64,000 bases of DNA, taken from the NCBI RefSeq assembly GCF_009914755.1, contig NC_060944.1; one strand, written 5' to 3'. The notes under the pieces were generated by a model. It ran no database searches. It was not told the origin of the DNA and saw only the letters and a program-made list of their open reading frames with translations. A program made the position numbers and the translations under genes. Positions 15,210-30,629 of the stretch are shown in pieces (the first letter of the stretch is position 1; each line of letters opens with the position of its first letter). The DNA comes from the human T2T-CHM13v2.0 reference genome, Homo sapiens.

Positions 15210-16410
15210 AATGGAACAAATAAGAGTGGAATGGATTCGAATGGAATGAAATGGAAAGAAACGAAATGGAATCAACACGAGTGGAATGGAAAGGAGTGGA
15301 ATGTAATGGAATGGAGTCCACCAGAGTGGAATGGAATGGAATGGAATGGAATGGAATAGAATGGAATGGAATGGAGTGGAATCAACACAAGTGGAATGGA
15401 ATGGAATGGAATGAAATGGAATGGAATTTAATGGATTGGAATCAAACAGAGTGGAATGGAATGGAATGGAATGGAATGGAATGCAACGGAACGGAATGAA
15501 ATCAAACCGAGTGGAATGGAATGGAATGGAATGGCATGTAATAGGATGGAATGGAGTGGACTAGAATCAATCTGAGTGGAATGGAAAGGAATGGAATGGA
15601 AAGGAATGGAATGGAATGGAATGGAATGGAATGAAATCAACCCGAGTAGAATGGAATGGAATAGAATGGGATGGAATTGAATGGAATGGAGTGGATTGGA
15701 ATCAATCAGAGTGGAATGGAAAGGAATGGAATTGAAGAGAATGGAATGGAATGGAATGGAAAGAAATGGAATGGAATGGAATGCAATGGAATGCAATGGA
15801 ATGGAAAGGAATGCAGGGACACGGAATGGAATGGAGTCAACTGGAATGGAAGGGAATGGAATGGATTAGAATGGAATCAACACTACTGGAATGAAATGGA
15901 AAGGAACGGAATGGAAATGAATGGAATGGAAAGGAACTGAATGTAATGGAATGGAATGGAGTGGAATGGAATCAATGTGAGTGTAAAGGAATGGAACAAA
16001 TGAGAGTGGAATGGATTGGAATGGAATGAAATGGAAAGAAACGAAATGGAATCAACATGAGTGGAATGGAAAGGAATGGAATGGAATGGAATGGAATCCA
16101 CCAGAGTGGAATGGAATGGAATGGAATGGAATGGAATGGAATGGAATGGAATGGAATGGAATGGAGTGGAATCAACCCAAGTGGAATGGAATGGAATGGA
16201 ATGGAATGGAATGGAATGGAATGGAATGGAATTTAATGGATTGGAATCAAACCGAGTGGAATGGAATGGAATGGAATGGAATGGAATGGAATGGAATGGA
16301 ATGCAATGGAATGAAATCAAACCTAGTGGAATGGAATGGAATGGAGTGGCATGGAATAGAATGGAAAGGAGTGGATTAGAATCAATCTGAGTGGAATGGA
16401 AAGGAATGGA
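15210..16410 (+). repeat. Local diverged duplication of a ~400 bp module (offset ~780-815 bp); third copy ~23600-23990
   Basis: ATGGAACAAATRAGAGTGG at 15211, 15991 and 23602, each followed by GGAAAGAAACGAAATGGAATCAAC. Confidence 0.7.
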
Positions 16411-19330
16411 ATGGAATGGAATGGAATGGAATGGAATGGAATGGAATATAATAGAATCAACCAGAGTGGAATGGAGTGGAATGCACCGGAATGGAATGGA
16501 ATGGAATAAACCCAATTAGAATGCAATGGAAGGGAATATAATCAAATGGAATTGAATGGCATTGAATGGGATCAACACCAGTGGAATGGAATGGAATGGA
16601 ATAGATTGGAATGGAATGGAAAGCACCCAAGAGGAAAGTAATGCAAAGGAATGGAATGGAGTGGAATCAACTCGAGTCGAATGGAATTGTATGGAATGAA
16701 ATGGAATGTAATGGAGTGGTATGGAATGGAATAGAATGGAATGAAAAGGAAAGGAATGCCATGGAATCAAAACGAGTGGAATGGAATGGAATGGAAAGGA
16801 ATGGAATGGAATTCATTAGAATCAACCCGAGTGGAATGGAATGGAAAGGAATTGAATGGAATGGAATGGAATGGAATCCGATCAAGTGTAAAGGAATGGA
16901 ATGGAATGGAATGGAATGGAATGGAATGGAATGGAATGGAATAAATTCGATTGGAATGGAATGGAATGCAATGTAATATGATGGAAAGGAATGCAATACA
17001 CACGAATGGAAAGACAAGGAATGGAATGTAATGGAATGGTACGGATTGGAATGGAATCAACACAAATGGAATGGAAAGGAATGGAATGGAATGGAATGGA
17101 ATGGAATGGAATGGAATGGAATGGAATTGAATTGATTGGAATCAACCCGCATGTAATGCACAGGATTCGAATAGAAAGGAATGAACCTGAGGGGAATGGA
17201 ATGGAATGGAAAGGAAGGGAACGGAATGGAATGGAGTGGAATGGAATGGGATGGAACGGAATGAACCGTAGTGGAATGGAATGGAATGGAATGGAATGGA
17301 ATGGAATGGAATGGAACGGAATCAACATGAGTGGAATGGAATGTAATGGAATGGAATCAAACTGAGAGGAATGGAATGGAATGCAATGAAATGGTATGGA
17401 ATTGCTGGAATGGAATGGAATGGACTCAAAACGAGTGGAATGGAATGGAATGGAAATCAATGGAATGGATTGGAATGGAAACAACCCGAGTGGAATGGAA
17501 TGGAATGCAATGGAATGGTATGGAATTGAATGGAATGGAATGGAATGCAATGGAATGGAATGGAATCAAAACGAATGGAATGGAATGGAATGGAATGGAA
17601 TGGAATGGAATAGATTGGAATCCAACAAAGTGGAATATAATGCAATGGAATGGAATGGAATGGTATGGAATGCAATGGCATAGCATGGAATGGAATGGAA
17701 TAGAGTGCAACGGAATGAAATGGAATGGAATTGAATGGAATGGATTCGAATGCGTTCGAATGGAATCGAATGGAATCAAGTGGAATGGAAAGGAATGGAA
17801 TGGAATGGAATCAATTTGATTGTAATGGAATGGAATGGAATGCAATGGAATGTACTGGAAAGGAATGCAATGGAATGGAATGAATCAACAAAAGTGGAAT
17901 GGAAGGGAATGGAAAAGAAAGGAAGGGAAAGGAATGGAATGCAATGGAGTCAAACTAAATGGAATCGAATTGAATGGAATGCAATGGAATAGACTGAAAT
18001 GGAACGGAATCGAATGGAATGGGATGGGATGGAATGGAATCACACCGAGTGGAGCGGAATGGAATTGAATGGAATGGAATGGAATAATTTGGAATGGAAT
18101 GGAATGGAATGCAATGGAATGGAATCAACCCGTATGGAATGGAATGGAATGGAATGGAGTGGAAATCAATTGAATGGAATGGAATCAACCAGAGTGGAAT
18201 GGAATTGAATAGAATGGAATGGAATGGAATCAACCCGAGTGCAATTGAATGGAATGGAAACAACTCGAGTGAAATGGAATGGAAAGCTACGGAATGGAAT
18301 GATTTGGAATCAAACCGAGTGGAATGGAATGGAATGGAATGGAATGGAATGGAATGGAATGGAATGGAATGGAATGAAACCAACCCGAGTGGAATGGAAT
18401 GCAATGGAATGGAATGGGATGGAATAGGATGGAATAGAATGGAATAGAGTGCATTAGAATCGATCTGAATGGAATGGAAAGGAATGGAAAGGAATGGAAT
18501 GGAATGGAATGGAATGGAATGGAATGGATTGGAATAGAATCAACCAGAGTGGAATGGAGTGGAATTGACCGAAATGGAATGGAATGGAATGGAATAAACC
18601 CGAGTAGAATGCAATGGAAGGGAATGGAACCAAATGGAATGGAATGGCATTGAATGGGATCAACAAGAGAGGACTGGAATGGAATGGATAGGAATTGAAT
18701 GGAATCCACCAGAGTGGAATATAATGGAAAAGAATGGAATGTAGTGGAATCAACACGAGTGGGATAGAATCGTATAGATTGAAATGGAATGGAATGGTAT
18801 GGAATGGAATGGAATGCAATGGAAAGGAAAGGAATGCAATGGTAACAAAACGAGTGGAATGGAATGGAATGGAAAAGAATGGAATGGAATTCAATAGGAT
18901 CAACCAGAGTGGAATGCAATGGAAAGGAATTGAATGCAATGGAATGGAATGGAATGGAATCCAATCCAGTGTAAAGGAATGTAATGGAATGGAAGGAAAT
19001 GGAATGGAATGGAATGGAATGGAATGGAATTGAATGAAAAAAATTCGAGTGGAATGGAATGGATTGCAATTTAATATAATGGAAAGCAATGGAATGCACC
19101 CGAATTTAATGGAAAGGAATGCAATGGAATGGAATAGAATGGAATGGAATGGAATGGAATGGAATGGAATGGCATGGAATGGAAGCAACCCGAGTGGAAT
19201 GCAAAGGAATGGAATGGAATGGAATGAAATGGAATGAAACGGAACGGAATGGCATGGAATGGAATGGAATGGAATGGAATGGAATGGAAAGGAATGGAAT
19301 CAACCCGAGTGTAATGGAATGGAATGGAAT

Positions 19331-20110
19331 GCAATGAAATGGAACGGAATCAACATGAGTGGAATGCAATAGAATGGAATGGAATGGAATGGAATGAAAT
19401 GGATTGGAATCAACCTACATGGAATGTAGTGGATTCGAATGGAATGGAATCAACACGAGAGGAATGGAATGGAATGGAATGGAATGGAATGGAATGGAAT
19501 GGAATGGAATGGAGTGGAATGGAATGGAATGGAATGGAGTGGAATGGAATGGGACGGAAAGGAATGGAATGGAAAGGAATGGAATGGAATGGAATGGAAT
19601 GGAATCAATGCGAGTGTAATGCAATGGAACGGAATGGAATGGAGTGGAATGGAATAGAATGAAAAGGAATGGAATCATTGCAAGTGTAATGGAATGGAAT
19701 GGAATGGAATGGAATGGAATGCAATGGAATGGAACGGAATCAACATGAGTGGAATGCAATAGAATGGAATGGAATGGAATGGAATGAAATGGATTGGAAT
19801 CAACCTACACGGAATGTAGTGGATTCGAATGGAATGGAATCAACACGAGAGGAATGGAATGGAATGGAATAGAATGGAATGGAATGGAATGGAGTGGAAT
19901 GGAATGGAATGGAATGGAGTGGAATGGAATGGGACGGAAAGGAATGGAATGGAATGGAATGGAATGGAATGGAATGGAATGCAATGGAATCAATGCGAGT
20001 GTAATGCAATGGAACGGAATGGAATGGAGTGGAATGGAATGGAATGAAAAGGAATGGAATCATTGCAAGTGTAATGGAATGGAATGGAATGGAATGGAAT
20101 GGAATGGAAT
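19331..20110 (+). repeat. Tandem duplication, 2 x ~390 bp
   Basis: CAACATGAGT at 19351/19741, CAACCTACAYGG at 19411/19801, GGGACGGAAA at 19551/19931, CATTGCAAGT at ~19676/20061. Confidence 0.9.
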
Positions 20111-23100
20111 GCAATGGAATGGACTGGAATGGAATCAACCCGTGTGGAATGTAATGAAAAGGAATGGAATGGAATGGAATGGAATGGAATCAACAAAAGT
20201 GTAATGGAAGTGAATGGAATAGAATGGAATGGAAAGCAATGCAGTCAACACAAATGGAATCGAATGGAGTGGAATCTAATGGAATGGAATGGAATGGAAT
20301 GGAATGGAATGGAATGGAATGGAATGGGATAGAATGGAATCAAACCGAGGGGAGTGGAATGGAATTGAATGTAATCGAATGGAATAAATTGGAATGGAAA
20401 GGAATGTAACGGAACGGAATGGAATCAACCACAGTGGAATGGAATTGAATGGAATGGAATGGAATGGAATCAACCCGTGTGGAATGGAATGGAATGGAAT
20501 TGAATGGAATTAACCCCAGTGAAATGGAATGCAAAGGAACGGAATGGAATTTAATGGAATGGAATGGAATGGAATGGAATGGAATGGAATGGAATGGAAT
20601 GGAATGGAATGCAAAGGAATGGAAAGGAATGGAATAGAATGGAATGGAATGAGGTCAATGCAAGTGTAATTGAATGGAATGGAATGAAATGGAATGGAAT
20701 GGAATGGAATGGAGAGGAATGGAATGGAATTGATTTGAATGGAATGGAATCAACTGGAATGGAATGCAATGGAATGGAATGAAATGGAATGGAATGGAAT
20801 CAACTAGAATGGAAAGGAATGGAATGGAATGGAATGCAGTGGAATGGAATGGAATGGAATCAACCCGTGTGGAATGTAATGCAAAGGAATGGAAGAATGG
20901 AATGGAATCAACGAAAGTGGAATTGAAGGGAATAGAATAGAATGGAATGGAATGAAATGGAAAGCAATGGAGTCAACACGAATGGAATCGAATAGAATGG
21001 AATTCAAAGAATGGAATGGAATGGAATGAAATGGAATGGAATGGGATGGGATGGAATGGAAACAAACCGAGTGGAGTGAATGGAATTGAATGGAATGGAA
21101 TGGAATAAAATGGAATGGAAAGGAATGGAATGGAATGAAATGGAATGGAATGGAATGGAATGGAATCAACCTGAGTGGAATCTAATATAATGGAATGGAA
21201 TGGAATAGAATCAACCCAAGAAGAATGGAATGGTAAGGAATGAAATGGAATGGAATGGAATGGTATGGAATGGAATGCAATGGAATGCAATGGAAAGGAA
21301 TGCAATGGAATCAAAACGAGTGGAATGGAATGGAATGGAAAGGAATGGAATGGAATTCAATAGAATCAACGCGAGTGGAATGGAATGCAAAGGAATTGAA
21401 TGGAATGGAATGGAATGGAATGGAATGGATTGGAATCAACCCGCGTGGAATGTAGTGGATTCGAATGGAATGGAATCAACCCGATAGGAATGGAATGAAA
21501 TGGAATGGAATGCAATGGAACTGAATGGAAAGGAATGGAATCAACCCTACTGGAATGGAAGGGAATGGAATGGAAAGGAATGGAATGGAATGGAATGCAA
21601 TGGAATCAACCCGAATGGACTGGAATGGAATGGAATGGAATGGAATGAAATGGAGTCAAACCGACTGGAATGGAATGGAATGGAATGGAATGGAATGGAA
21701 TGGAATGGAATGGAATCAACTCGAATGGAATGGAATGGAATGGAATGGAATGGATTCAATGTGAGAGGAATGGAATGGAATGGAGGGGAATGGACTGGAA
21801 GGAAATGGAATAGAATGGAATGTAATGCAATGGAATGGATTGAAACGGAATGGAAAGGAATAAAATCAAGTAAAATTGGATGGAATGGATTGGAATGGAA
21901 TGGAATGGAATGGAATGGAATGGAATCCACCCAAGTGGAATGGAATGGATTGGAATGGATTGGAATGGAATGGAATGGAATGGAATGGACTTCACACGAG
22001 TGCAACAGAATGGAATGGAATGGAACCAACCCGAGTGGATTTCAATGGAATGGAAATTATTGGAAAGGAATGGAATGGAATCAACCCGAGTGGAATGGAA
22101 TGGAATGGAAGGATTCGAGTGGAAAAGAATGAAATGTAATGAAATCAAACCGAGTGGAATGGAATGGAATGGAATGCGATGGAATAGAATGGAATGGACT
22201 GGATTGGATTCAATCTGAGTGGAATGGAATGGAATGGAATGGAGTGGAATGGAATACACCAGAATGGAATGGAATAGAGTGGAATGAAATGGAGTGGAAT
22301 CAACCAAAGTGGAATGGAATGGAATGGAATGGAATGGAATGCAATAGAATGGAATGGAATGGCATGGAATGAAATGGAATGGAATGGAATCGAATGGATT
22401 GGAATCAAATGGAGAGAATGGAATGGAATTGAATGGAATGGAATGGAATGGAATGGAATGGAATGGAATGGAATGGAATGGAATGAAATCAATCCGAGTG
22501 CAATGGAATGGAATAAAATGGGATGGAATTGAATGGAATGGAGTGGATTGGAATCAATCTGAGTGGAATAGAAAGGAATGGAATTGAAGACAATGGAATG
22601 GAATGGAATGGAATGGAATGCAATGGAATGGAAAAGAATGCAAGGACACGGAATGGAATGGAGTCAACTGTAATGGAAGGGAATGGAATGGATTAGAATG
22701 GAATCAACACTAGTGGAATGAAATGGAAAGGAACGGAATGGAAAGGAATGGAATGGAAAGGAACTGAATGTAATGGAATGGAATGGAGTGGAAAGGAATC
22801 AATGTGAGTGAAAAGGAATTGAATGGAACGGAATGGAGTGGAATGGAATGGAATGGAATGGAATGGAATGGAATCAACGCGAGTGTAATGGAATGGAATG
22901 GAATGGAGTAAATAGAATGGAATTGATTTGAATAGAATGGAATCAACTGGAATGTAATGAAATGGAATGGAATGGAATGCCATGGAATGGAATGGAATGG
23001 AATCAACAAGAATGAAAAGGAATGGAATGGAATGGAATGGAGTTGAGACAAACCGAGTGGAATGGAATGGAATGGAATCGAATGGAATGGAATGAACCCG

Positions 23101-26100
23101 AGTGGAATGGAATGGAATGGAATGGAATGAACCCGAGTGGAATGGAATGGAATGGAATGGAATGGAATGGAATGGAATGGAATGGAATGCAATGGAGTGG
23201 AGTGGAGTGGAATGGAATGGAATGGAATGGAATGGAATGCAATGGAGTGGAGTGGAATGGAATGGCATGGAATGGAATGGAATGGAATGGAATGGAATGG
23301 AATGGAATCAATGCAAGTGAAATTAAATGGAATAGAATGGAATGGAATGTAATGGAGTGGAATGGAATGGAATTGATATGAATGGAATGGAATCACCCAG
23401 AGTTTAATAGAATGGAATGGAATGGAATGGAATGGAATGGAATGGAATCAACCCACCTGCAATGGAATGCAATGGATTTGAATGGAATTGCCCCGAGTGA
23501 AATTGAATGGAAAGGAACGGAATAGAATTTAATGGAATGGAATGGAATGAAATTTAATCAACCCGAGTGGAATGGAATGGATTGGAAAGGAATGGAATGG
23601 AATGGAACAAATAAGAGTGGAATGGATTGGAATGGAATGAAATGGAAAGAAACGAAATGGAATCAACACGATTGGAATGGAAAGGAGTGGAATGGAATGG
23701 AGTGGAATGGAATGGAATGGAGTGGAATCAACCCAAGTGGAATGGAATGGAATAGAATGGAATGGAATGGAATAGAATGGAATGGAATGGAATGGAATTT
23801 AATGGATTGGAATCAAACCGAGTGGAATGGAATGGAATGGAATGGAATGGAATGGAATGGAATGGAATGGAATGGAATGGAATGAAATCAAACCGAGAGG
23901 AATGGAATGGAATGGAATGGCATGGAATAGAATGGAATGGAGTGGATTAGAATCAATCTGAGTGGAAAGGAAAGGAATGGAAAGGAATGGAATGGAATGG
24001 AATGGAATGGAATGGAATGGAATGGAATGCAAAGGAATGGAAAGGAATGGAATGGAATGGAATGGAATGAGGTCAACGCAAGTGTAATTGAATGGAATGG
24101 AATGAAATGGAATGGAATGAAATGGAATGGAATGGAGAGGAATGGAATGGAATTGATTTGAATGGAATGGAATCAACTGGAATGGAATGCAATGGAATGG
24201 AATGAAATGGAATGGAATGGAATCAACTAGAATGGAAAGGAATGGAATGGAATGGAATGCAGTCGAATGGAATGGAATGGAATCAACCCGTGTGGAATGT
24301 AATGCAAAGGAATGGAAGAATGGAATGGAATCAACGAAAGTGGAATGGAAGAGAATAGAATAGAATGGAATGGAAAGCAATGGATTCAACACGAATGGAA
24401 TCGAATAGAATGGAATTCAAAGAATGGAATGGAATGCAATGCAATGGAATGGAATGGGATGGGATGGAATGGAAACAAACCGAGTGGAGTGAATGGAATT
24501 GAATGGAATGGAATGGAATAAATTGGAATGGAAAGGAATGGAAAGGAATGGAATGGAATGGAATGGAATGGAATGGAATGGAATGGAATGGAATCAACCC
24601 GAGTGGAATGTAATATAATGGAACGGAATGGAATAGAATCAACCCAAGAAGAATTGAATGGTAAGGAATGAAATGGAATGGAATGGAATGGTATGGAATG
24701 TAATGGAATGGAAGGCAATGGAAAGGAATGCAATGGAATCAAACGAGTGGAATGGAATGGAATGGAAAGGAATGGAGTGGAATTCAATAGAATCAACGCG
24801 AGTGGAATGGAATGCAAAGGAATTGAATGGAATGGAATGGAATGCAATGGAATGGAATGGAATGAAATTGATTGGAATAAACCCGCGTGGAATGTAGTGG
24901 ATTCGAATGGAATGGAATCAACCCGATAGGAATGGAATGAAATGGAATGGAATGCAATGGAATTGAATGCAAAGGATTGGAGTCAACCCTACAGGAATGG
25001 AAGGGAATGGAATGGAAAGGAATGGAATGGAATGGAATGCAATGGAATCAACCCGACTGGAATGGAATGGAATGGAATGGAATGGAATGGAATGAAATGG
25101 AGTCAAACCGACTGGAACGGAATGGAATGGAGTGGAATGGAATGGAATGGAATGGAATCAAATCAAATGGAATGGAATGGAATGGAATGGAATGGAATGG
25201 AATGAAATGGAATGGAATGGATTCAATGTGAGAGGAATGGAATGGAATGGAGTGGAATGGAATGGAACGAAATGTAATAGAATGGAACGGAATGCAATGG
25301 AAAGGATTGAAATGGAATGGAAAGGAATAAAATCAAGTGAAATTGGATGGAATGGATTGGAATGGAATGGAGTGGAATGGAATGGAATGGAATGGAATGG
25401 AATGGAATGGAATGGACTTCACACGAGTGCAACGGAATGGAATGGAATGGAACCAACCTGAGTGGAATGGAATGGAATGGAAATTAATGGAATGGAATGG
25501 AATGGAATCAACCCGAGTGGAATGGAATGGAATGCAATGGAATGCTTTGGAATGGTGTGGAATGGAATGGAATGGAATGCAATGGAATGGAATCAAAGCG
25601 AGTGGAATGGAATGGAATGAAATGGAATGGAATGGAATCAACATGAGTGGAATGGAATGGAATGGAATGGGATGGGATGGAATGGAATGGAATGCAATGC
25701 AATGTAATCAACACGAGTAGAATGGAAAGGAATGGAATGGAATGGAATGGAATGCATTGGAATCCACCCGATTAGAATGGAAAGGAACCGCATGGAATGG
25801 AATGGAATGGAATGGAATGGAAAGGAATGCAAGGGCATGGAATGGAATGGAGTCAACAGGAATGGAATGGAATGGAATGGAACCAACACGAGTGGAATGA
25901 AATGGAAAGGAGCGGAATGGACATGAAAGGAATGGAAAGGAACTGAATGTAATGGAATCGAATGGAGTGGAATTGAATGGAATGGAATGGAATCAATCTG
26001 AGTGAAATGGAATGGAATGGAACGGAATGGAGGGGAATGGAATGGAATGGAATGGAATGCAATGGAATCAATGCGAGTGCAATGGAATGGAATGGAATGG

Positions 26101-27950
26101 AATGGAGTAAATAAAATGGAATTTATTTGAATGGAATGGAATAAACGGGAATGGAATGGAATGGAATGGAATGGAATGGAATGGAATGGTATGGAATGGA
26201 ATGTCATGAAATGGAATGGAATGGAATGGAATTAACAAGAATGGAAAGGAATGGAATGGAATGGAATGGAATGGAATGGAATGGAATGGAATGGAATGGA
26301 ATGGAATGGAGAGGAGGCAAACCGAGTGGAATGGAATGGATTGCAATGGAATAGAAAGGAATGGAATGGAACGGAATGGAATGCAACGGAATGGAGTGGA
26401 CTGGAATGGAATGGAATGGAATGGAATGGAATCAATGCAAGTGTAATTGAATGGAATGGAATGGAATGGAGTGGAATTGATTGGAATTGATATGAATGGA
26501 ATGGAATCAACTGGAATGGAACGGAATGGAATGGAATGGAATGGAATGGAATGGAATCAACTAGAATGGAAAGGAATGGAATGGAATGCAATGGAATGGA
26601 ATTGAATGGAATGGAATCAACCCTTGTGAAATGTAACGCAAAGCAATGGAATGGAATGGAATGGAATGGAATGGAATGGAATGGAATGGAATGGAATCAA
26701 TAAAAGTGGAATGGAATGGAATGGAATACAACGGAATGGAATGGAATGGAATGGAATGGAATGGAATGGAATACTCCGGAGTGGAATGGAATGGAATGGA
26801 ATGCAATGGATTTGATTGGAATTTAACTAAACCGATTGGAATGGAGTGGAATGGAATGGAATGGAACGGAAAGAAGCCGATTGGTATGCAGTGGACTGCA
26901 AAGGCATGGAATTGAAAGGGATGGAATGGAATGGAATGGAATGGAATCAACCCGAGTGGAATGGAATGGAATGGAATGGAATGGAAAAGAATTGAATGGA
27001 ATGCAATCAACCCGAGTGCAATGGAATGGGTTGGAATGGAATGGAATGGAATGGAATGGATTGGAATGGAATGGAATCGAATGCAATGGAATGGAATAGC
27101 GTGGAATGTAATGGAATGCAATGGAAAGGAATCAAGCCAGGTGGAATCGAAATGAATGGAATGGAATTGAATGCAATGGAATTGAATGGAATCAAACCGA
27201 GTGGAATGTAATGGCATGGAATGGAGTGGAATCGAATGGAAAGGATTCAACGCGATTGGAAAGGAAGGGAATGGAATGGAATGGAATCAACCCGAGTGGA
27301 ATGGAGTGCAACGGAATGGAATGAAATGGAATGGAATGGAATGGAATCAACGTGATTGTAAAGGAATAAAATGAAATGGAATGAAATGGAATGCAATTCA
27401 ATCAACTCGATTGGAAAGGAATGGTTGGAATGGAAATGAAAGGAATGGAATGGAATAAAATCAACCCGAATGGAATGGAATGGAATGGTATGGAATTTAA
27501 TGGAATGGAATGGAATGGAATGGAATGGAATGGAATGGAATGGAATGGAATCACCCCGAGAGGAATTGAATGGAATGGAATGGAATGGAAAGGAAGGGAA
27601 TGGATTCAATCGAAATGGAATGGAATGGAATGGATTGGAATGGAATGGAATTGAATGGAATAAACTGAAGAGGAATGGTATAGAATGGAATGGAATGGAT
27701 TGGAAGTGAATGGAATGAGAAGGAATGGAATCAACTAGAATGGAAAGGAATGGAATGGAATGGAATGGAATGCAGTGGAATGGAATGGAATGGAATCAAC
27801 CGCTGTGGAATGTAATGCAAAGGAATGGAAGGGAATGGAATGGAATAAACAAAAGTGGAATGGAAGGGAATGGAATAGAATTGAATGGAATGGAATGGAA
27901 AGCATTGGAGTCAACCCGAATGAAATCGAATGGAATGGAATGCAATGGAA

Positions 27951-28990
27951 TGGAAAGGAATGGAATGGAATGGAATGGAATGGAATAGAAAGGAATGGAA
28001 TGGAATGGAATGGAATGGGATGGAATGGAATCAAACCGAGTGGATTGGAATGCAATTGAATGTAATGGAATGGAATAAACTGCAGTTGAAAGGAATGGAA
28101 TGGAATGGAATGGAAACAACCAGAGAGGAATGTAATTGAATGGAATGGAATGGAATGGAATCAACCCGAGTGGAATTGAATTGAATGGAATGGAATGGAA
28201 TGGAATGGAATGGTATCAACCCGAGTGGAATGGAAAAGAATGGAATGCAATGGAATGGAATGCATTGCAATGCAATGGATTGGAATGGAATCAACCCGAG
28301 TGGAATGGAATTGAATGGAATGGAATGGAATGCAAAGGAATGCAATCAAACCGAGTGGAAAAGAGTCGAATGGAATGGAAGGGAATGGAATGGAATAAAC
28401 TGGAGTGGAATGGATTGGAATGGAATGGAGTGGAGTGGAATGGAATGGAATGGAATGGAATGGAATGGAAAGGAATGGAATGGAATGGAATGGAATGGAA
28501 TGGAATAGAAAGGAATGGAATGGAATGGAATGGAATGGGATGGAATGGAATCAAACCGAGTGGATTGGAATGCAATTGAATGTAATGGAATGGAATAAAC
28601 TGCAGTTGAAAGGAATGGAATAGAATGGAATGGAAACAACCAGAGAGGAATGTAATTGAATGGAATGGAATGGAATGGAATCAACCCGAGTGGAATTGAA
28701 TTGAATGGAATGGAATGGAATGGAATGGAATGGTATCAACCCGAGTGGAATGGAAAAGAATGGAATGCAATGGAATGGAATGCATTGCAATGCAATGGAT
28801 TGGAATGGAATCAACCCGAGTGGAATGGAATTGAATGGAATGGAATGGAATGCAAAGGAATGCAATGAAACCGAGTGGAAAAGAGTCGAATGGAATGGAA
28901 GGGAATGGAATGGAATAAACTGGAGTGGAATGGATTGGAATGGAATGGAGTGGAGTGGAATGGAATGGAATGGAATGGAATGGAATGGAA
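27951..28990 (+). repeat. Tandem duplication, 2 x 520 bp, near-identical
   Basis: TGCAGTTGAA at 28081/28601, AAGAGTCGAA at 28361/28881. ORF pairs 28136/28656 and 28185/28705 are exactly 520 apart. Confidence 0.92.
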
Positions 28991-29059
28991 TGGAATGGAA
29001 TGGAATGGAATTAAACCGATTGAAATGGAGTGGAATGGAATAGAATGGAATGGAATGGA

Positions 29060-29360
29060 ATGGAATGGAATGGAATGGAACGGAATTTAATGAAATGGAA
29101 TGGAATGGAATGGAATGGAATGGAATGGAATGGAATGGAATCAACCCGAGTGGTATGCAATGGAGTGGAATGGAATGGAATGGAATGGAATGGAATGGAA
29201 TGGAATGGAATGGAATGGAACGGAATTTAATGAAATGGAATGGAATGGAATGGAATGGAATGGAATGGAATGGAATGGAATGGAATGGAATGGAATGGAA
29301 TCAACCCGAGTGGTATGCAATGGAGTGGAATGGAATGGAATGGAATGGAATGGAATGGAA
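29060..29360 (+). repeat. Tandem duplication, 2 x ~140-160 bp
   Basis: CGGAATTTAATGAAAT at 29081/29221 and TCAACCCGAGTGGTATGCAATGGAG at 29141/29301; the copies differ by 4 pure pentamers. Confidence 0.85.
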
Positions 29361-30629
29361 TGGAATGGAAAGGAATGGACTGGAATGGAATAAATTGCAC
29401 TGGAATGGTATGGAATGCAAAGTAATATAATGAAAATGAGTGGAATTCACCAAAATGGAAAGGAAAGGAATGGAATGGAATGGAATGAATGGAAGGATTG
29501 GAAAGGAATCAACCCGAGTGGAATGGAAAGGAATGGAATGGAATGGAATGGAATGGAATGGAATGGAATCACACCATGTGGAATGGAAAGAATGGAATGG
29601 AATGGAAAGCAATGGCATGGAATGGAATGGAAAGGAATCGAATGGAATGGAATGGAATTGAATCAACCAGGTTGAAATGTAATGGAATGAAATGGAATGG
29701 AATGGAATGGAATGGAATGGAATGGAATGGAATGGAATGGAATGAAATGGATTGGAATCAACCTGCGTGGAATGTAGTGCATTCGAATGGAATGGAATCA
29801 ACCCGATAGGAATGGAATGAAATGGAATGGAATGCAATGGAACTGAATGGAAAGGAATGGAGTCAATCTTACTGGAATGGAAGGGAATGGAATGGAAAGG
29901 AATGGAATGGAATGGAATGCAATGGAATCAACCCGACTGGACTGGAATGGAATGGAATGGAATGGAATGAAATGGAGTCAAACCGACTGGAATGGAATGG
30001 AATGGATTGGAATGGAATGGAATGGAATCAACTCGAATGGAATGGAATGGAATGGAATGGAATGGAATGGAATGGAATCCACCCACGTGGAATGGAATGG
30101 ATTGGAATGGATTTTAATGAATGGAATGGAATGGAATGGACTTCACACGAGTGCAACGGAATGGAATGGAATGCAATGGAACCAACCCGAGTGGAATGGA
30201 ATGGAATGGAAATTAATGGAATGGAATGGAATGCAATCAACCCGAGGGAATGGAATGGAATGCAATGAAATGGTTTGGAATGGTGTGGAATGGAATGGAA
30301 TGGAATGCAATGGAATGGAATCAAAGCGAGTGGAATGGAATGGAATGAAATGGAATGGAATGGAATCAACACGACTGGAATGGAAGGGAATGGAATGGGA
30401 TGGGATGGAATGGAATGGAATGCAATGCAATGGAATCAACCAGAGTAGAATTGAAAGGAATGGAATGGAATGGAATGGAATGCAATGTAATCCACCCGAT
30501 TAGAATGGAAAGGAATGGCATGGAATGGAATGGAATGGAATGGAATGGAATGAAATGGAATAGAATGGAATGGAATGCAAGGGCATGGAATGGAATGGAA
30601 TAGAATGGAATGGAATGCAAGGGCATGGA